A program made the translations under genes and the position numbers. DNA of 64,000 nucleotides, from the IMG/VR virus record IMGVR_UViG_3300023203_000736. One strand, 5' to 3'. This stretch comes from a virus. Its lineage: Duplodnaviria > Heunggongvirae > Uroviricota > Caudoviricetes. Under the pieces are notes generated by a model. That model saw nothing but the letters and a program-made list of their open reading frames with translations. It was not told the origin of the DNA and ran no database searches. Shown in pieces: positions 45,124 to 53,852 of this stretch (position 1 is the first letter of the stretch; every line of letters begins with the position of its first letter).

Positions 45124-45639
45124 TTATCCCACCCGGATTTGTCTGGTACGAAGGGCTACGAAGGGATCGGGCAGGGAGACGCCTGCCGCGAACTTCTCGA
45201 AGGCTTCCTGCCCGAGCTTCTGAAACTCGTAAGGGCCAGGCTTCTTGAGGACCGCCGGAGGCGGCCACTTTGTCGGATCAGGGTCGATGTTCGCGTTGTG
45301 GAACTCGTTCCAGATCAGATGGGCCAGCGTGGTCGAATAGGTGAAGACGTACCTGTTCGGATCAGACCTGCCGGGATCGAAATCGCCCTCGGCATGTCGA
45401 AGGCCGTAGTTGTTGGATGTCGGCAGATTCTCATAGGCGACCTTGCGAGCCAATGGCAGGAAGGTTGCGGCGGATGCACCGCTCCACACGGGAATGTTGG
45501 GAAGGACCGTGCCAAGCCATTGAACGGTAGCGTCCGTCAGAACATCCGTAAGATGCTCGTGCAGAATCTTCCGATACTTGGCCTCATTCAGACGAGGAGC
45601 GCGGAACGTGCCGGTGAATCTCATGGTCCACAGCCTCAC
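45124..45639 (-). CDS. Hypothetical protein between the chaperone and the tape measure gene.
   Basis: GTG start at 45639 or ATG at 45624. Its stop abuts the tape measure start. Confidence 0.45.
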   Translation of the reverse strand: MRLWTMRFTGTFRAPRLNEAKYRKILHEHLTDVLTDATVQWLGTVLPNIPVWSGASAATFLPLARKVAYENLPTSNNYGLRHAEGDFDPGRSDPNRYVFTYSTTLAHLIWNEFHNANIDPDPTKWPPPAVLKKPGPYEFQKLGQEAFEKFAAGVSLPDPFVALRTRQIRVG

Positions 45640-45799
45640 CTACGACGTGATTTCTGGCCCAGGGGCATCCCTGCCCCCAACAACTGAGCCTCATGCTCGC
45701 TCTCGTCGTGACTCAAAAGCTGATCGAACGCGACGATGAGGGCCTGCGTGTAGGGGCCGTTGTCATCCCAGCGTGACTTCACGCCGGGCGGCAGAATGC

Positions 45800-46327
45800 C
45801 TAGCCTTGTGCAGGCGCGCCAGACGGCGTATTCGCCGGTACGGTGGTCGGGCCACTTGTGCCTTCCGACCCCGGCTGAGGACCACGTAGAAAAACCTCTC
45901 GGGCCTGCTTGAGCTTGGCTTCATCCAGGCAGTTGGCTTCAAGAACCAGGCCCGTGATCCGGCCGATCTCGATCTGCGTGAAGCCGGCGCTCTTGAAGTC
46001 CTCCTCCCAGTTGGTCCAGGAGCCGGGATCATCGGGATTCACCGTCTCCCACTCGATGCCCGTGGGTTCGAGCGACTTGACGACCATGTACCCCAAACGA
46101 CGCTTGGCGTAGATTTCCATGTCGTTGCGGTAGTTGGGGTTGTTGGTGTCGGCGATCAACCCGTCGCGGGTCATCTTCTTGGGCGGCACCGGCTCGGGCA
46201 CGACCTTGTTGAAGTCCTCGAAGTCCGGCAGGCCACGGGCCTTGAACACGATGACCTCTTCGCCGCGCGGCAGCACCAGCGTATACTCGGGTGACAGGGT
46301 TTTGGGATCAACTCCAGCGATCTTCAT
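45800..46327 (-). CDS. Putative tail assembly chaperone (G-like).
   Basis: Assigned by position upstream of the tape measure gene. An overlapping -1 frame is open for 85 codons from ~45893 to 45636 (see findings). Confidence 0.45.
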   Translation of the reverse strand: MKIAGVDPKTLSPEYTLVLPRGEEVIVFKARGLPDFEDFNKVVPEPVPPKKMTRDGLIADTNNPNYRNDMEIYAKRRLGYMVVKSLEPTGIEWETVNPDDPGSWTNWEEDFKSAGFTQIEIGRITGLVLEANCLDEAKLKQAREVFLRGPQPGSEGTSGPTTVPANTPSGAPAQG

Positions 46328-46360
46328 GTGCGATTACTCCCTCGCAAAGGTAAGAGAAGG

Positions 46361-47107
46361 TTAGGTTTGACGCTCGACGATCGGCTCGACGGCGTTGCAG
46401 CGCCCCTTGATGGAAATCTTGGAGTCCGCGAAGCTGACCTCGCGGCTCTCGCTGCGGAAATCAGGGAACGTCGTGATCTCCTTTTGATTCGTGCCGCACG
46501 GTGGGATATGCGTGACTTCGATGTCCACCGCGTATGGCTCGCACTTGTCGGTCGCCGCTGACACCCATTCGGACGCCGAACCCTTGCGCTTCAAGGCGTC
46601 CATCGGTGAGATGGATTCGCCGGTTCCCGTGGTGATGTGTTCGTAGATGATGTCGAAACTGACATCCATCGGCACCTGGTCTCCTTCCCGCACGGTGTCG
46701 AGATCACCACGATCCAGATCGTACGGGTACTCGTTGTTTTCCGTGTAGGTCACGTCGCCATCGCCCACCTTGATCTCCACTTCCTGTGGAGCGAAGGTCA
46801 CGGTGCCGCCGTCCACGTAGGTTCCCGCGCCGAGGGCGGGCGTGAAGACGATATTGGTCGTCGGCCCGGAGTCGGTCGGCGTGCGTGCCGTCACGGTATG
46901 CACCGTAGTTCCAGCCGTTTCGCCGGCCACGGTAAAGCGAGCGCCTACCGGCACCATCGTGGTGACGGTCGTGTTGAGCGCCACCGTGTCAATGTCGAAG
47001 GTGGTGTCGTCTTCGGCCGGAGGCGTGACCGGCTCGTTGATGAGCGCCGTCCCCGCAAGACCGTCTCTGATCTTGATTACGGCGTCTCGAAGTTCAATTC
47101 TGGCCAT
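46361..47107 (-). CDS. Putative major tail protein.
   Basis: 248-aa Thr/Val-rich protein immediately upstream of the chaperone. Confidence 0.45.
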   Translation of the reverse strand: MARIELRDAVIKIRDGLAGTALINEPVTPPAEDDTTFDIDTVALNTTVTTMVPVGARFTVAGETAGTTVHTVTARTPTDSGPTTNIVFTPALGAGTYVDGGTVTFAPQEVEIKVGDGDVTYTENNEYPYDLDRGDLDTVREGDQVPMDVSFDIIYEHITTGTGESISPMDALKRKGSASEWVSAATDKCEPYAVDIEVTHIPPCGTNQKEITTFPDFRSESREVSFADSKISIKGRCNAVEPIVERQT

Positions 47108-47119
47108 CGAAAACTCCTG

Positions 47120-47632
47120 TTATTCGTTGAGGTAAAGGACGTACCGTGCATCCACGGCGGTCTGTTTGATCTTGTCCACCTTGTCCAACTGGCCAAAGTG
47201 CAACACCCGGATGCTGTTGTTGTTCCCCGGTCGCGGCACCAGACATCCAAGATGCACCTGAGTGTCAGGGTCGCTGGCGACGTAATCGCCGGGTTCGCCG
47301 CCGAAGTTCCAGACTGGAATCGGCAAGGACATCGCCTCGTGAAACAGACCCGCATACTTGAGGATGGTCGCGGCGTTCTTCTTTGCCCCGTCGTAGCGAC
47401 TGGTCAGAAGTACGTTGACATCGACATAAATGCGGTGGTAGCCCTTCGAGAGTTCCTGGTCGAAAGGGCCGGTGATGCGGATTTCCGCGCGGTCGCTGGC
47501 GTGCTCGAACTGTGCGGTGCGATCGTCGAAGTGTTCGATGAGCACGGGCAGCGAGACCTCGGTGGCGACCTGTTTCAGATAGTCGGCCACCGAATGAAAT
47601 ATCCAGCGCGACCAATTAGGGTTTGCGGCCAT
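47120..47632 (-). CDS. Putative tail terminator or head-tail joining protein.
   Basis: Assigned by position only. Confidence 0.4.
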   Translation of the reverse strand: MAANPNWSRWIFHSVADYLKQVATEVSLPVLIEHFDDRTAQFEHASDRAEIRITGPFDQELSKGYHRIYVDVNVLLTSRYDGAKKNAATILKYAGLFHEAMSLPIPVWNFGGEPGDYVASDPDTQVHLGCLVPRPGNNNSIRVLHFGQLDKVDKIKQTAVDARYVLYLNE

Positions 47633-47640
47633 AGTCGCTC

Positions 47641-48144
47641 CTATGCCCGGAGGGCGCTGGACTGGAGTTCCAAGAAGGATTCCGCCCTCAGATCGAAGAC
47701 TTGCTCGGGCGTCTCGCCTACAAGCTCGCGGGCCGCAATGACCCAGCCGGCGTCAACCTCGAAGGATTCGATGTTCTTGATCTGGTATTTGCGACGGTTG
47801 TAGACAATCCAATCGTCGGCAGTGAGTTCAGGTAGCGCGCGGACATCGCGGCGGTCGATGATGAACTCCCGCTGGCTGGCGTCGTAGTGGCCGCCCGTGA
47901 CGAACTGCTTGTTCGCCGAGATGACGGAGATCGTTTGCTGGGCAACCCGGTCAATCCGCGAGGGCACCACGATCGCTCGTCGCACGTGCGTGACGCTCTT
48001 CGTCACGATTTTCTCGCCCGTCCTTGCGTCCGTCTCGCTGGAAACCAGTTTGTAGATGTCAATCGGCGCGCCGTAATCCTTCTTCATCTGGTAGAGGGCT
48101 TGCCGAATCCGCTGGTTCAGATTGCGATTGATGGGCGGTCGCAT
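47641..48144 (-). CDS. Putative head-tail adaptor or head closure protein.
   Basis: Assigned by position only. Confidence 0.4.
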   Translation of the reverse strand: MRPPINRNLNQRIRQALYQMKKDYGAPIDIYKLVSSETDARTGEKIVTKSVTHVRRAIVVPSRIDRVAQQTISVISANKQFVTGGHYDASQREFIIDRRDVRALPELTADDWIVYNRRKYQIKNIESFEVDAGWVIAARELVGETPEQVFDLRAESFLELQSSALRA

Positions 48145-48153
48145 GGCGGGTTC

Positions 48154-48405
48154 CTAGCGGTCGAGAGTCCTTTCGATTCGTTCCATCACCGCCGTGTTCC
48201 TGGCGATGACGGCCGAACAGTCCTGGACCAGCGGCAAGATCACTTCCCGCTGTTCGTTCTCCAATTCGTCCAGCCGGTTGGAGAGCCGGTCTTCGCGCTT
48301 CCAGTCGCGCCACAGGAAGAAAACGACGGCGAGAAAGAAAGGGCCGAACTGTTTGATGAGTTCGATCGCGTCTGCGAACTCGCCTGAAGCAAAGAGGGTG
48401 GGCAT
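48154..48405 (-). CDS. Small membrane protein.
   Basis: Start MPTLFASGEFADAIELIKQFGPFFLAVVFFLW. It has one TM helix. Confidence 0.3.
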   Translation of the reverse strand: MPTLFASGEFADAIELIKQFGPFFLAVVFFLWRDWKREDRLSNRLDELENEQREVILPLVQDCSAVIARNTAVMERIERTLDR

Positions 48406-48506
48406 CAGAGAAGCCTTTCGCAGATGGCGCGGGACAATAGAAGGGCCGCTCGCCCCGGACGATTCCAGGGCGAGCGACCGTGATAGACAGAAACCACCAG
48501 CAGGGT

Positions 48507-49922
48507 TTAGCCGAGCAGCGGCACGCACAGCCGGGTGTCAAGCACCGCGACACCGCAGAGGGTATCGAGGTTGACCTTGGTTCCGCCGGCGTCGATGTCG
48601 TACTGCATCGCAACACGCATGGCGATGCCGTTTCGGTTGACCACCTTGGCCATCACGCCACCCGCCGGCAAAGCCAGAGGACGGCTCACCAGGGCGACGG
48701 CCTCGCGGTGGAACGCCCAGTTCAGCGATCCACACGGGCCGGGAAAAGCGTCATCGCCGCTGCCCACCGCGATTTCCAGCGGCCGATCCAGCACAACCTT
48801 TGTGGAGGTCGAACTGACCGGAACGGTCTGGATCACGGTGTAAACCCGACGATTCGCGCCAGGCGCGCCGAAGGCGAGCAACTGGCCGATCTGCGGCCCC
48901 TTGTTGGCCGTGTGGTTGTCAAGCTGAATGAGCTTGCTGTAACCAACGGCGTAAGCCTCGTGGGCATCGCACTTCTTGTAGTGCGTAGCCACGCAGTCAT
49001 CCAGCACCGCGTACTTGAGGGCCTCGCCGAGGACCACGGCACCCGTGGTGGCATCGGTCATATACGTGGGCTGATCGTTACCGGCCAGCACCAGGTACTC
49101 ACCGGCAACGCCCGTAATCGTGACGTTCAGAGCACCCTCGTAACCAGCCGGGTGCGGACCACTGGTACAGGTCAGGTCTTCCGAGTCAGCGCCGATCGAA
49201 ACCGAGTTGACATTCTGATCGAGATAGGTGTTGAAGCCCAGAATACGGCCGAGGGTCGCATTCTCCAGGGCCGACCCGCCGTCGCCGCGCTCGTTGGCCT
49301 TGATGAACATCGTGTTCTTCAAGAGGGCCGTTTCGCTCGCGGGCGAGAGCACAAGGTTCCGACCCTGCATCGGGGCCAGGTTCTCGTTGAGCCGCTGACG
49401 GGCTTCCAGCACGTAGTCGTGGCTGTTCGCGGCGCTCAGGCCACCGAGCTTGCCGGCGCGGTTGTTCACGCCGGTGAGGAACTCGTGAATGCGGCCCATG
49501 ATGGCGCGGTCAACCGAACGGCCGATCGTCTGCATCGCGGGCAGCAAGTAAACCTCCACCAAGTCCTGGAAGGACAGGCTGGCTTCGCCGTCCTTGATGA
49601 CGAAGGACTTGTAGAACCACTGATCCAACGGCACGCGCACGTTAGTGGCGGCGGCCGTCTCATGGACCAGCGTATCACCGTCCGCCTTGCGGCTGATGGT
49701 GAAGGTTCCGGGCCGGCGGGTGTTCACCACGTCGCCGTAGCTCTTGACCTCATCCTCGAAATCGCGGTAGACGAGGTTGGCCATGACCATGTTTTCTTCG
49801 AGGATGGCCAGACCCTCGTTGGCCCACATCTCGGGGATGAAGGCGTCGTTGTTTGCATCGGTCACGCCGTAACAGGCGACGGCCGACACACAGAGATACC
49901 AAAGATTCATTGTTGTCTCCAA
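48507..49922 (-). CDS. Putative major capsid protein.
   Basis: 471-aa ORF directly downstream of the scaffold-like gene. No family-specific motif was recognised. Confidence 0.5.
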   Translation of the reverse strand: METTMNLWYLCVSAVACYGVTDANNDAFIPEMWANEGLAILEENMVMANLVYRDFEDEVKSYGDVVNTRRPGTFTISRKADGDTLVHETAAATNVRVPLDQWFYKSFVIKDGEASLSFQDLVEVYLLPAMQTIGRSVDRAIMGRIHEFLTGVNNRAGKLGGLSAANSHDYVLEARQRLNENLAPMQGRNLVLSPASETALLKNTMFIKANERGDGGSALENATLGRILGFNTYLDQNVNSVSIGADSEDLTCTSGPHPAGYEGALNVTITGVAGEYLVLAGNDQPTYMTDATTGAVVLGEALKYAVLDDCVATHYKKCDAHEAYAVGYSKLIQLDNHTANKGPQIGQLLAFGAPGANRRVYTVIQTVPVSSTSTKVVLDRPLEIAVGSGDDAFPGPCGSLNWAFHREAVALVSRPLALPAGGVMAKVVNRNGIAMRVAMQYDIDAGGTKVNLDTLCGVAVLDTRLCVPLLG

Positions 49923-49967
49923 TCGGGACAGATCGTTGTTGTAAGAAGCAGGTCCGACCCCTGAGTC

Positions 49968-50852
49968 TTAACGGCGGCGATTTCGCCGGAGACCGAGCAG
50001 TTCAGGGTTCTCTGCTCGAACTTTCTGGTACTGATCGGGCGTGAGATTACGCACGTCAATCTTCCCGTTAGAACCCGGTGTGAGGCCACCGATAGCCGAA
50101 TTGCCGCCAACGCCCGAAACGACATTGCGCTTAAAGAGATTCTGGAACTCGGGAAGCTCCGTCATGCGCTTGACTGCCTCGCTGGGCGTCCGAGCGGTCT
50201 TGATCTCCTGGCCAGTGGTGGCGTCCTTGTCCGGGAAGTCCACCATGACATCGAACTGGCCGGTGCCCTTGCCGTTGGCATCCACCTTCTCGACCAGCTT
50301 GGTCCAGTCCTTCAACAGCGTCACGACTTGGCGGGTGTTGTAAGACTCATGTTCGACTGCGGCGTCTTGAAGCGCCCGCATGATCGTCGAATCGCGCCAC
50401 CGCGCTTCGGCGATCTCAGCGCGTCGCATGGTTGCCGCGAGTTTGCCTTGATAGGCCGCCTCCAGTTCCTTCTTTTCCTGGGCGGCCTGCTGTTCCTTGC
50501 TGCGAAGCTGCCCCTGGATCGTCTCCAAGTTCTCTTGCAGCGTTTGGCGCTCCTTTTCCGTCAGGCTCTTGTTGTTGGCCAGAAGCTCCTTGTAGGTCGC
50601 TTCGGTCTTCTCAAGCTCCTTGCGGTACTTCGTCTCCTGCTTTCGCCGTTCTGCGGCGATCGCGTCGTTGAACTTCTTCTGTTGCTCAGGGGTGAATCCC
50701 TCGGGCGGCTTCACGTCATCGAGCTTGTCGTCCGACTTCTTGTCCTTGTTGAGGTCGTCTTTGTTGAGGTCGTCCTTGTTCGGATCGTCTTCGCCTTCGT
50801 AGCAAGCAACGAGCGCGCAGGGTTTGTACCAGTCATTCATAAACATGACCAT
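49968..50852 (-). CDS. Putative scaffolding protein.
   Basis: Has an acidic N-terminus with DDLNKDDLNKD repeats, a long coiled-coil (QETKYRKELEKTEATYKELLANNKSL...) and a basic C-terminus. Confidence 0.5.
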   Translation of the reverse strand: MVMFMNDWYKPCALVACYEGEDDPNKDDLNKDDLNKDKKSDDKLDDVKPPEGFTPEQQKKFNDAIAAERRKQETKYRKELEKTEATYKELLANNKSLTEKERQTLQENLETIQGQLRSKEQQAAQEKKELEAAYQGKLAATMRRAEIAEARWRDSTIMRALQDAAVEHESYNTRQVVTLLKDWTKLVEKVDANGKGTGQFDVMVDFPDKDATTGQEIKTARTPSEAVKRMTELPEFQNLFKRNVVSGVGGNSAIGGLTPGSNGKIDVRNLTPDQYQKVRAENPELLGLRRNRRR

Positions 50853-50953
50853 CGTTTCCTTTGTTCCCCGAATTTGTCCCCGGTGGCTCTGGCACGGGTA
50901 GTTGCCAGCCGGTAATGGATGCCGCTCTCGCGGCTAGTAAGAGATGCCGGGAA

Positions 50954-52213
50954 TTACGACACCCGGCTTACACGGATCGCGTCATCGTCGCGCAAGAATG
51001 GCACGAGAAGCCGCCAGGCGAGCGCGGAAGGCACGCCGTTGACGATGTGCTCAACCGGCACATGATTGCGGCTGAACGTGGTGCGGACGGACGCATAACC
51101 CTGGCTTTCGATGCCAAGGTTCTCAAGCTCCAACTCCGGGTCTTTGCCGTCCAGGAGCGAATGGGCGATCTCGTAACACGCGCGACGGATCGCCAAAGGA
51201 ACCTCGGTATCTCCCCCTCGCGGAAACTCCAGAGCCTGCGAGGCTTCGGCGGTCATCACTTCCTCCACCGTGGGAGAACTGCAACTGCCGACAGCCGACG
51301 GAATGTCTTGCAGTCCATACTGCTGCAACAACACGTACACCGGACGCTTGTATCCCTTGTAGTTCAACGTGTCGATGATCTGCGTGGCTGCCCATAGGGC
51401 CTTCGGCCGATCGGCTGGATCGGCGTCGGACCACGCGCTCTCGTGGAGGCGCGAGGCGAAATAGGAGTCAGCTTCGACAAGCGTGCCGTAGTAGATCATG
51501 TCCAGCCCGTAGTATGGTGAATTCGCCAGGAGTTCAAGTATGAGCCTCGTAACCCGGAGTTCCGGGGAACCGAACCCTCCGAGCACCTCGCACTGAATCT
51601 GGGTTGCCTGGAGGCGATCGGTGTCGCCCCGGCCCACGACCTCCGATCCAAGGGCCGTGACATGGAGCGTAGGAACGAACCACTCGCCCAGAATCTCACA
51701 CTGGACCTGAGTCGCTCGAACGGCGGCAGCCTCAACGGACCCAAGTATTTCCGCAGCAACCGCAGTAACCCGAAGTCCTGGAACAGTTGGCTCGCCAAGG
51801 ACTTCGCATTGAACCTGGCTTACTCGAAGTCCCGGAATAGTCGGTTCCCCAAGGACTTCACATTGAACTTGAGTCGCTCGAAGACCATCGAGGTCGCCGC
51901 GTCCCAGAATCTCCGAACCGAGCGCAGTGACCCGAATCGTCGGAACAGTCACCTCACCGAGGACTTCGCACTGATTTTGAGTCGCTTGGAGTCCGTCGAG
52001 ATCACCGTTGCCTAAGATTTCCGCGCGAACTGCCGTAACCAGATTCGCCGGGAGGGCATAGGTGCCCAGTCTCTCACATACAACGCGAGTTGCCTGAACG
52101 CGGTCGGTTGCCCCGCGTCCCAGCACTTCAACGACTTCACGAGTCGTGTGAAGTCGTTGCGTGTCACCACGCCCAAGAACCTCCTGTACGATACGAGTTG
52201 TGCGAAGGCTCAT
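50954..52213 (-). CDS. Head-module protein with ~22/37-aa repeats carrying RGD motifs.
   Basis: The unit ATQVQCEVLGEPTIPGLRVTALGSEILGRGDLDGLR recurs ~7 times. Five are (L/V)GRGD and a sixth is the degenerate LGNGD. Confidence 0.5.
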   Translation of the reverse strand: MSLRTTRIVQEVLGRGDTQRLHTTREVVEVLGRGATDRVQATRVVCERLGTYALPANLVTAVRAEILGNGDLDGLQATQNQCEVLGEVTVPTIRVTALGSEILGRGDLDGLRATQVQCEVLGEPTIPGLRVSQVQCEVLGEPTVPGLRVTAVAAEILGSVEAAAVRATQVQCEILGEWFVPTLHVTALGSEVVGRGDTDRLQATQIQCEVLGGFGSPELRVTRLILELLANSPYYGLDMIYYGTLVEADSYFASRLHESAWSDADPADRPKALWAATQIIDTLNYKGYKRPVYVLLQQYGLQDIPSAVGSCSSPTVEEVMTAEASQALEFPRGGDTEVPLAIRRACYEIAHSLLDGKDPELELENLGIESQGYASVRTTFSRNHVPVEHIVNGVPSALAWRLLVPFLRDDDAIRVSRVS

Positions 52214-53262
52214 ACATGCTCAATGCCGATCTGCATGGCGGCAACCTCTGCCGGCGTCCACATAGCGCCAGTGGCCGGATTATGCTCTGCCAAGACTGAG
52301 AACACGTCGTACCCTGTGCTCGTCACTGTCTGATTGCCACCAGTGGTTTCCGTAGCGCCTGATTTGGCGAATGGCCGCAGACCTTGTGATGCAGTGTCGG
52401 TCACTCGTGCATCGGCATTCAGTTGTATGCCTTTGATGTTGGCATTGATCCGTGTGCAACTGGTCACCCCGTAGATGTCCTTGTTGCCAACGCTCGTCGA
52501 ATACACGTAGTCCACGTCATCATTCGACGGAACCTCGTCCACGCACGCGGCATTGCTCGTTCCCGTACTCCGCGTCCAGTTATTTAGGACATTGGAGTTG
52601 GGGAGTACGGCCTCAACGCTCTGGCTGCCGAGAAAGTCGTTATTATCCGTCCCCGTCGTGTCCAGGATGTACATATCGTCGAAGTAGACAAAGATGGAGG
52701 CCGAGGCCCCTTGCCCACCACGGAACTGGATTCGATCAATCAAGCCGCTTCCACTGTTTCGAGTGTCGATACCAGACGCGGAGGCAACCGTCGTCCCATT
52801 GATGCGGACCTCATAGGCACCATCCGTGTCGCCGATGGTCAGCTTGACTTCCATGTAGTACCACTGGCCGGCGGCGAGAGTGTAGGGGTCGCTTTCACCA
52901 GGCAATACCGTGCCCGCACGGTTCAATTGGATGATCCCAGGATTGAGAATCTTCAGTCCAACATGATAATTCTCTTCGCCATCGTAGAACCGCAAGATGT
53001 CATAGTTGACAGCAATGGTGTCGAGCTTGATGGCGGCACCGAAAACGATTGTCGCGGCTGGGGTGAACGGCGGAGTCGAGAATTGTACGGGAGGATTGGT
53101 TTGACGCAGACCGATCGAATAGCCGAAAAAACGCCCGCCGCCCGTGTAGACCACGCCAGTGACATCCCAGGGCGGGCCGTACTTCCGTACTATGAGCGCA
53201 GTCACATTCTGACTGGCGGCGGTGGCAAACGTCTCGAAACCCTCAATCCAACGTAGAGCCAT
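52210..53262 (-). CDS. Hypothetical head-module protein.
   Basis: 350-aa ORF that overlaps its neighbour by 4 nt. Confidence 0.45.
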   Translation of the reverse strand: MALRWIEGFETFATAASQNVTALIVRKYGPPWDVTGVVYTGGGRFFGYSIGLRQTNPPVQFSTPPFTPAATIVFGAAIKLDTIAVNYDILRFYDGEENYHVGLKILNPGIIQLNRAGTVLPGESDPYTLAAGQWYYMEVKLTIGDTDGAYEVRINGTTVASASGIDTRNSGSGLIDRIQFRGGQGASASIFVYFDDMYILDTTGTDNNDFLGSQSVEAVLPNSNVLNNWTRSTGTSNAACVDEVPSNDDVDYVYSTSVGNKDIYGVTSCTRINANIKGIQLNADARVTDTASQGLRPFAKSGATETTGGNQTVTSTGYDVFSVLAEHNPATGAMWTPAEVAAMQIGIEHV

Positions 53263-53264
53263 GA

Positions 53265-53852
53265 TTACCTCGAAATCCAGCTATATTGGCTACCGGCGCT
53301 GGCGTCCGTCTTGGTGATCGTAACCGTGCCGTTTGTCGCCGCGCCGGTCATGGGCGGAACATCTTGCTTGGCAAAAGTGCCTTGGAACGTGACCGTATAA
53401 GGCCCGCCGGCGGCACCGGACACATCGACGTTGCCCGCCCCGATGCTTGCCAAGCCTTCCAGTTCAGCCTTGAGCGTTGCCGCCGTGGCGTCACAGGCAA
53501 TGGCGTCCGTAGTCTCGCCCTCGAACGTGAGTGTGAAGGTGTCGCCGACTCCCAGGCCGTCAAGCGTGACAAGCTGCTGCGAATTGCCGGCCGGAGTGGC
53601 GACCACGTAGACCTTACAAGGATTGTCAACCGAGATGTTGATCTCTTCGCCAGCAGGGAGGCAGAAGCCTGTTTCCTCGCTGACACCTTGCGGGCCGACG
53701 TAGATGTCGATCGTATTGGCCGTGGCTGCCCGGACGTTGACGCCCTTGTATGCCTTGTGGGAGTATGGTGCTGTGACGATTGGTTTGCTCACCGCATCGG
53801 CACCGCCGTGTCCCACGATGAATTCGCTTACTGATTCTTGAAAAACGTCCAT
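53265..53852 (-). CDS. Hypothetical head-module protein.
   Basis: 195-aa Gly/Ala/Thr-rich ORF. Confidence 0.45.
   Translation of the reverse strand: MDVFQESVSEFIVGHGGADAVSKPIVTAPYSHKAYKGVNVRAATANTIDIYVGPQGVSEETGFCLPAGEEINISVDNPCKVYVVATPAGNSQQLVTLDGLGVGDTFTLTFEGETTDAIACDATAATLKAELEGLASIGAGNVDVSGAAGGPYTVTFQGTFAKQDVPPMTGAATNGTVTITKTDASAGSQYSWISR

Noticed and set aside
2540-49964. Many long ORFs antisense to annotated genes (for example 2540-3586 plus, 10814-11566 plus, 13352-14413 plus, 14438-15721 plus, 22214-23026 plus, 35337-36173 plus, 39754-41238 plus, 41340-42143 plus, 44010-45077 plus, 48480-49964 plus).
   Set aside because: A high-GC genome leaves antisense frames open by chance. The translations are Arg/Gly/Ala-rich with no motifs, and each is fully overlapped by an opposite-strand gene with recognisable domains.
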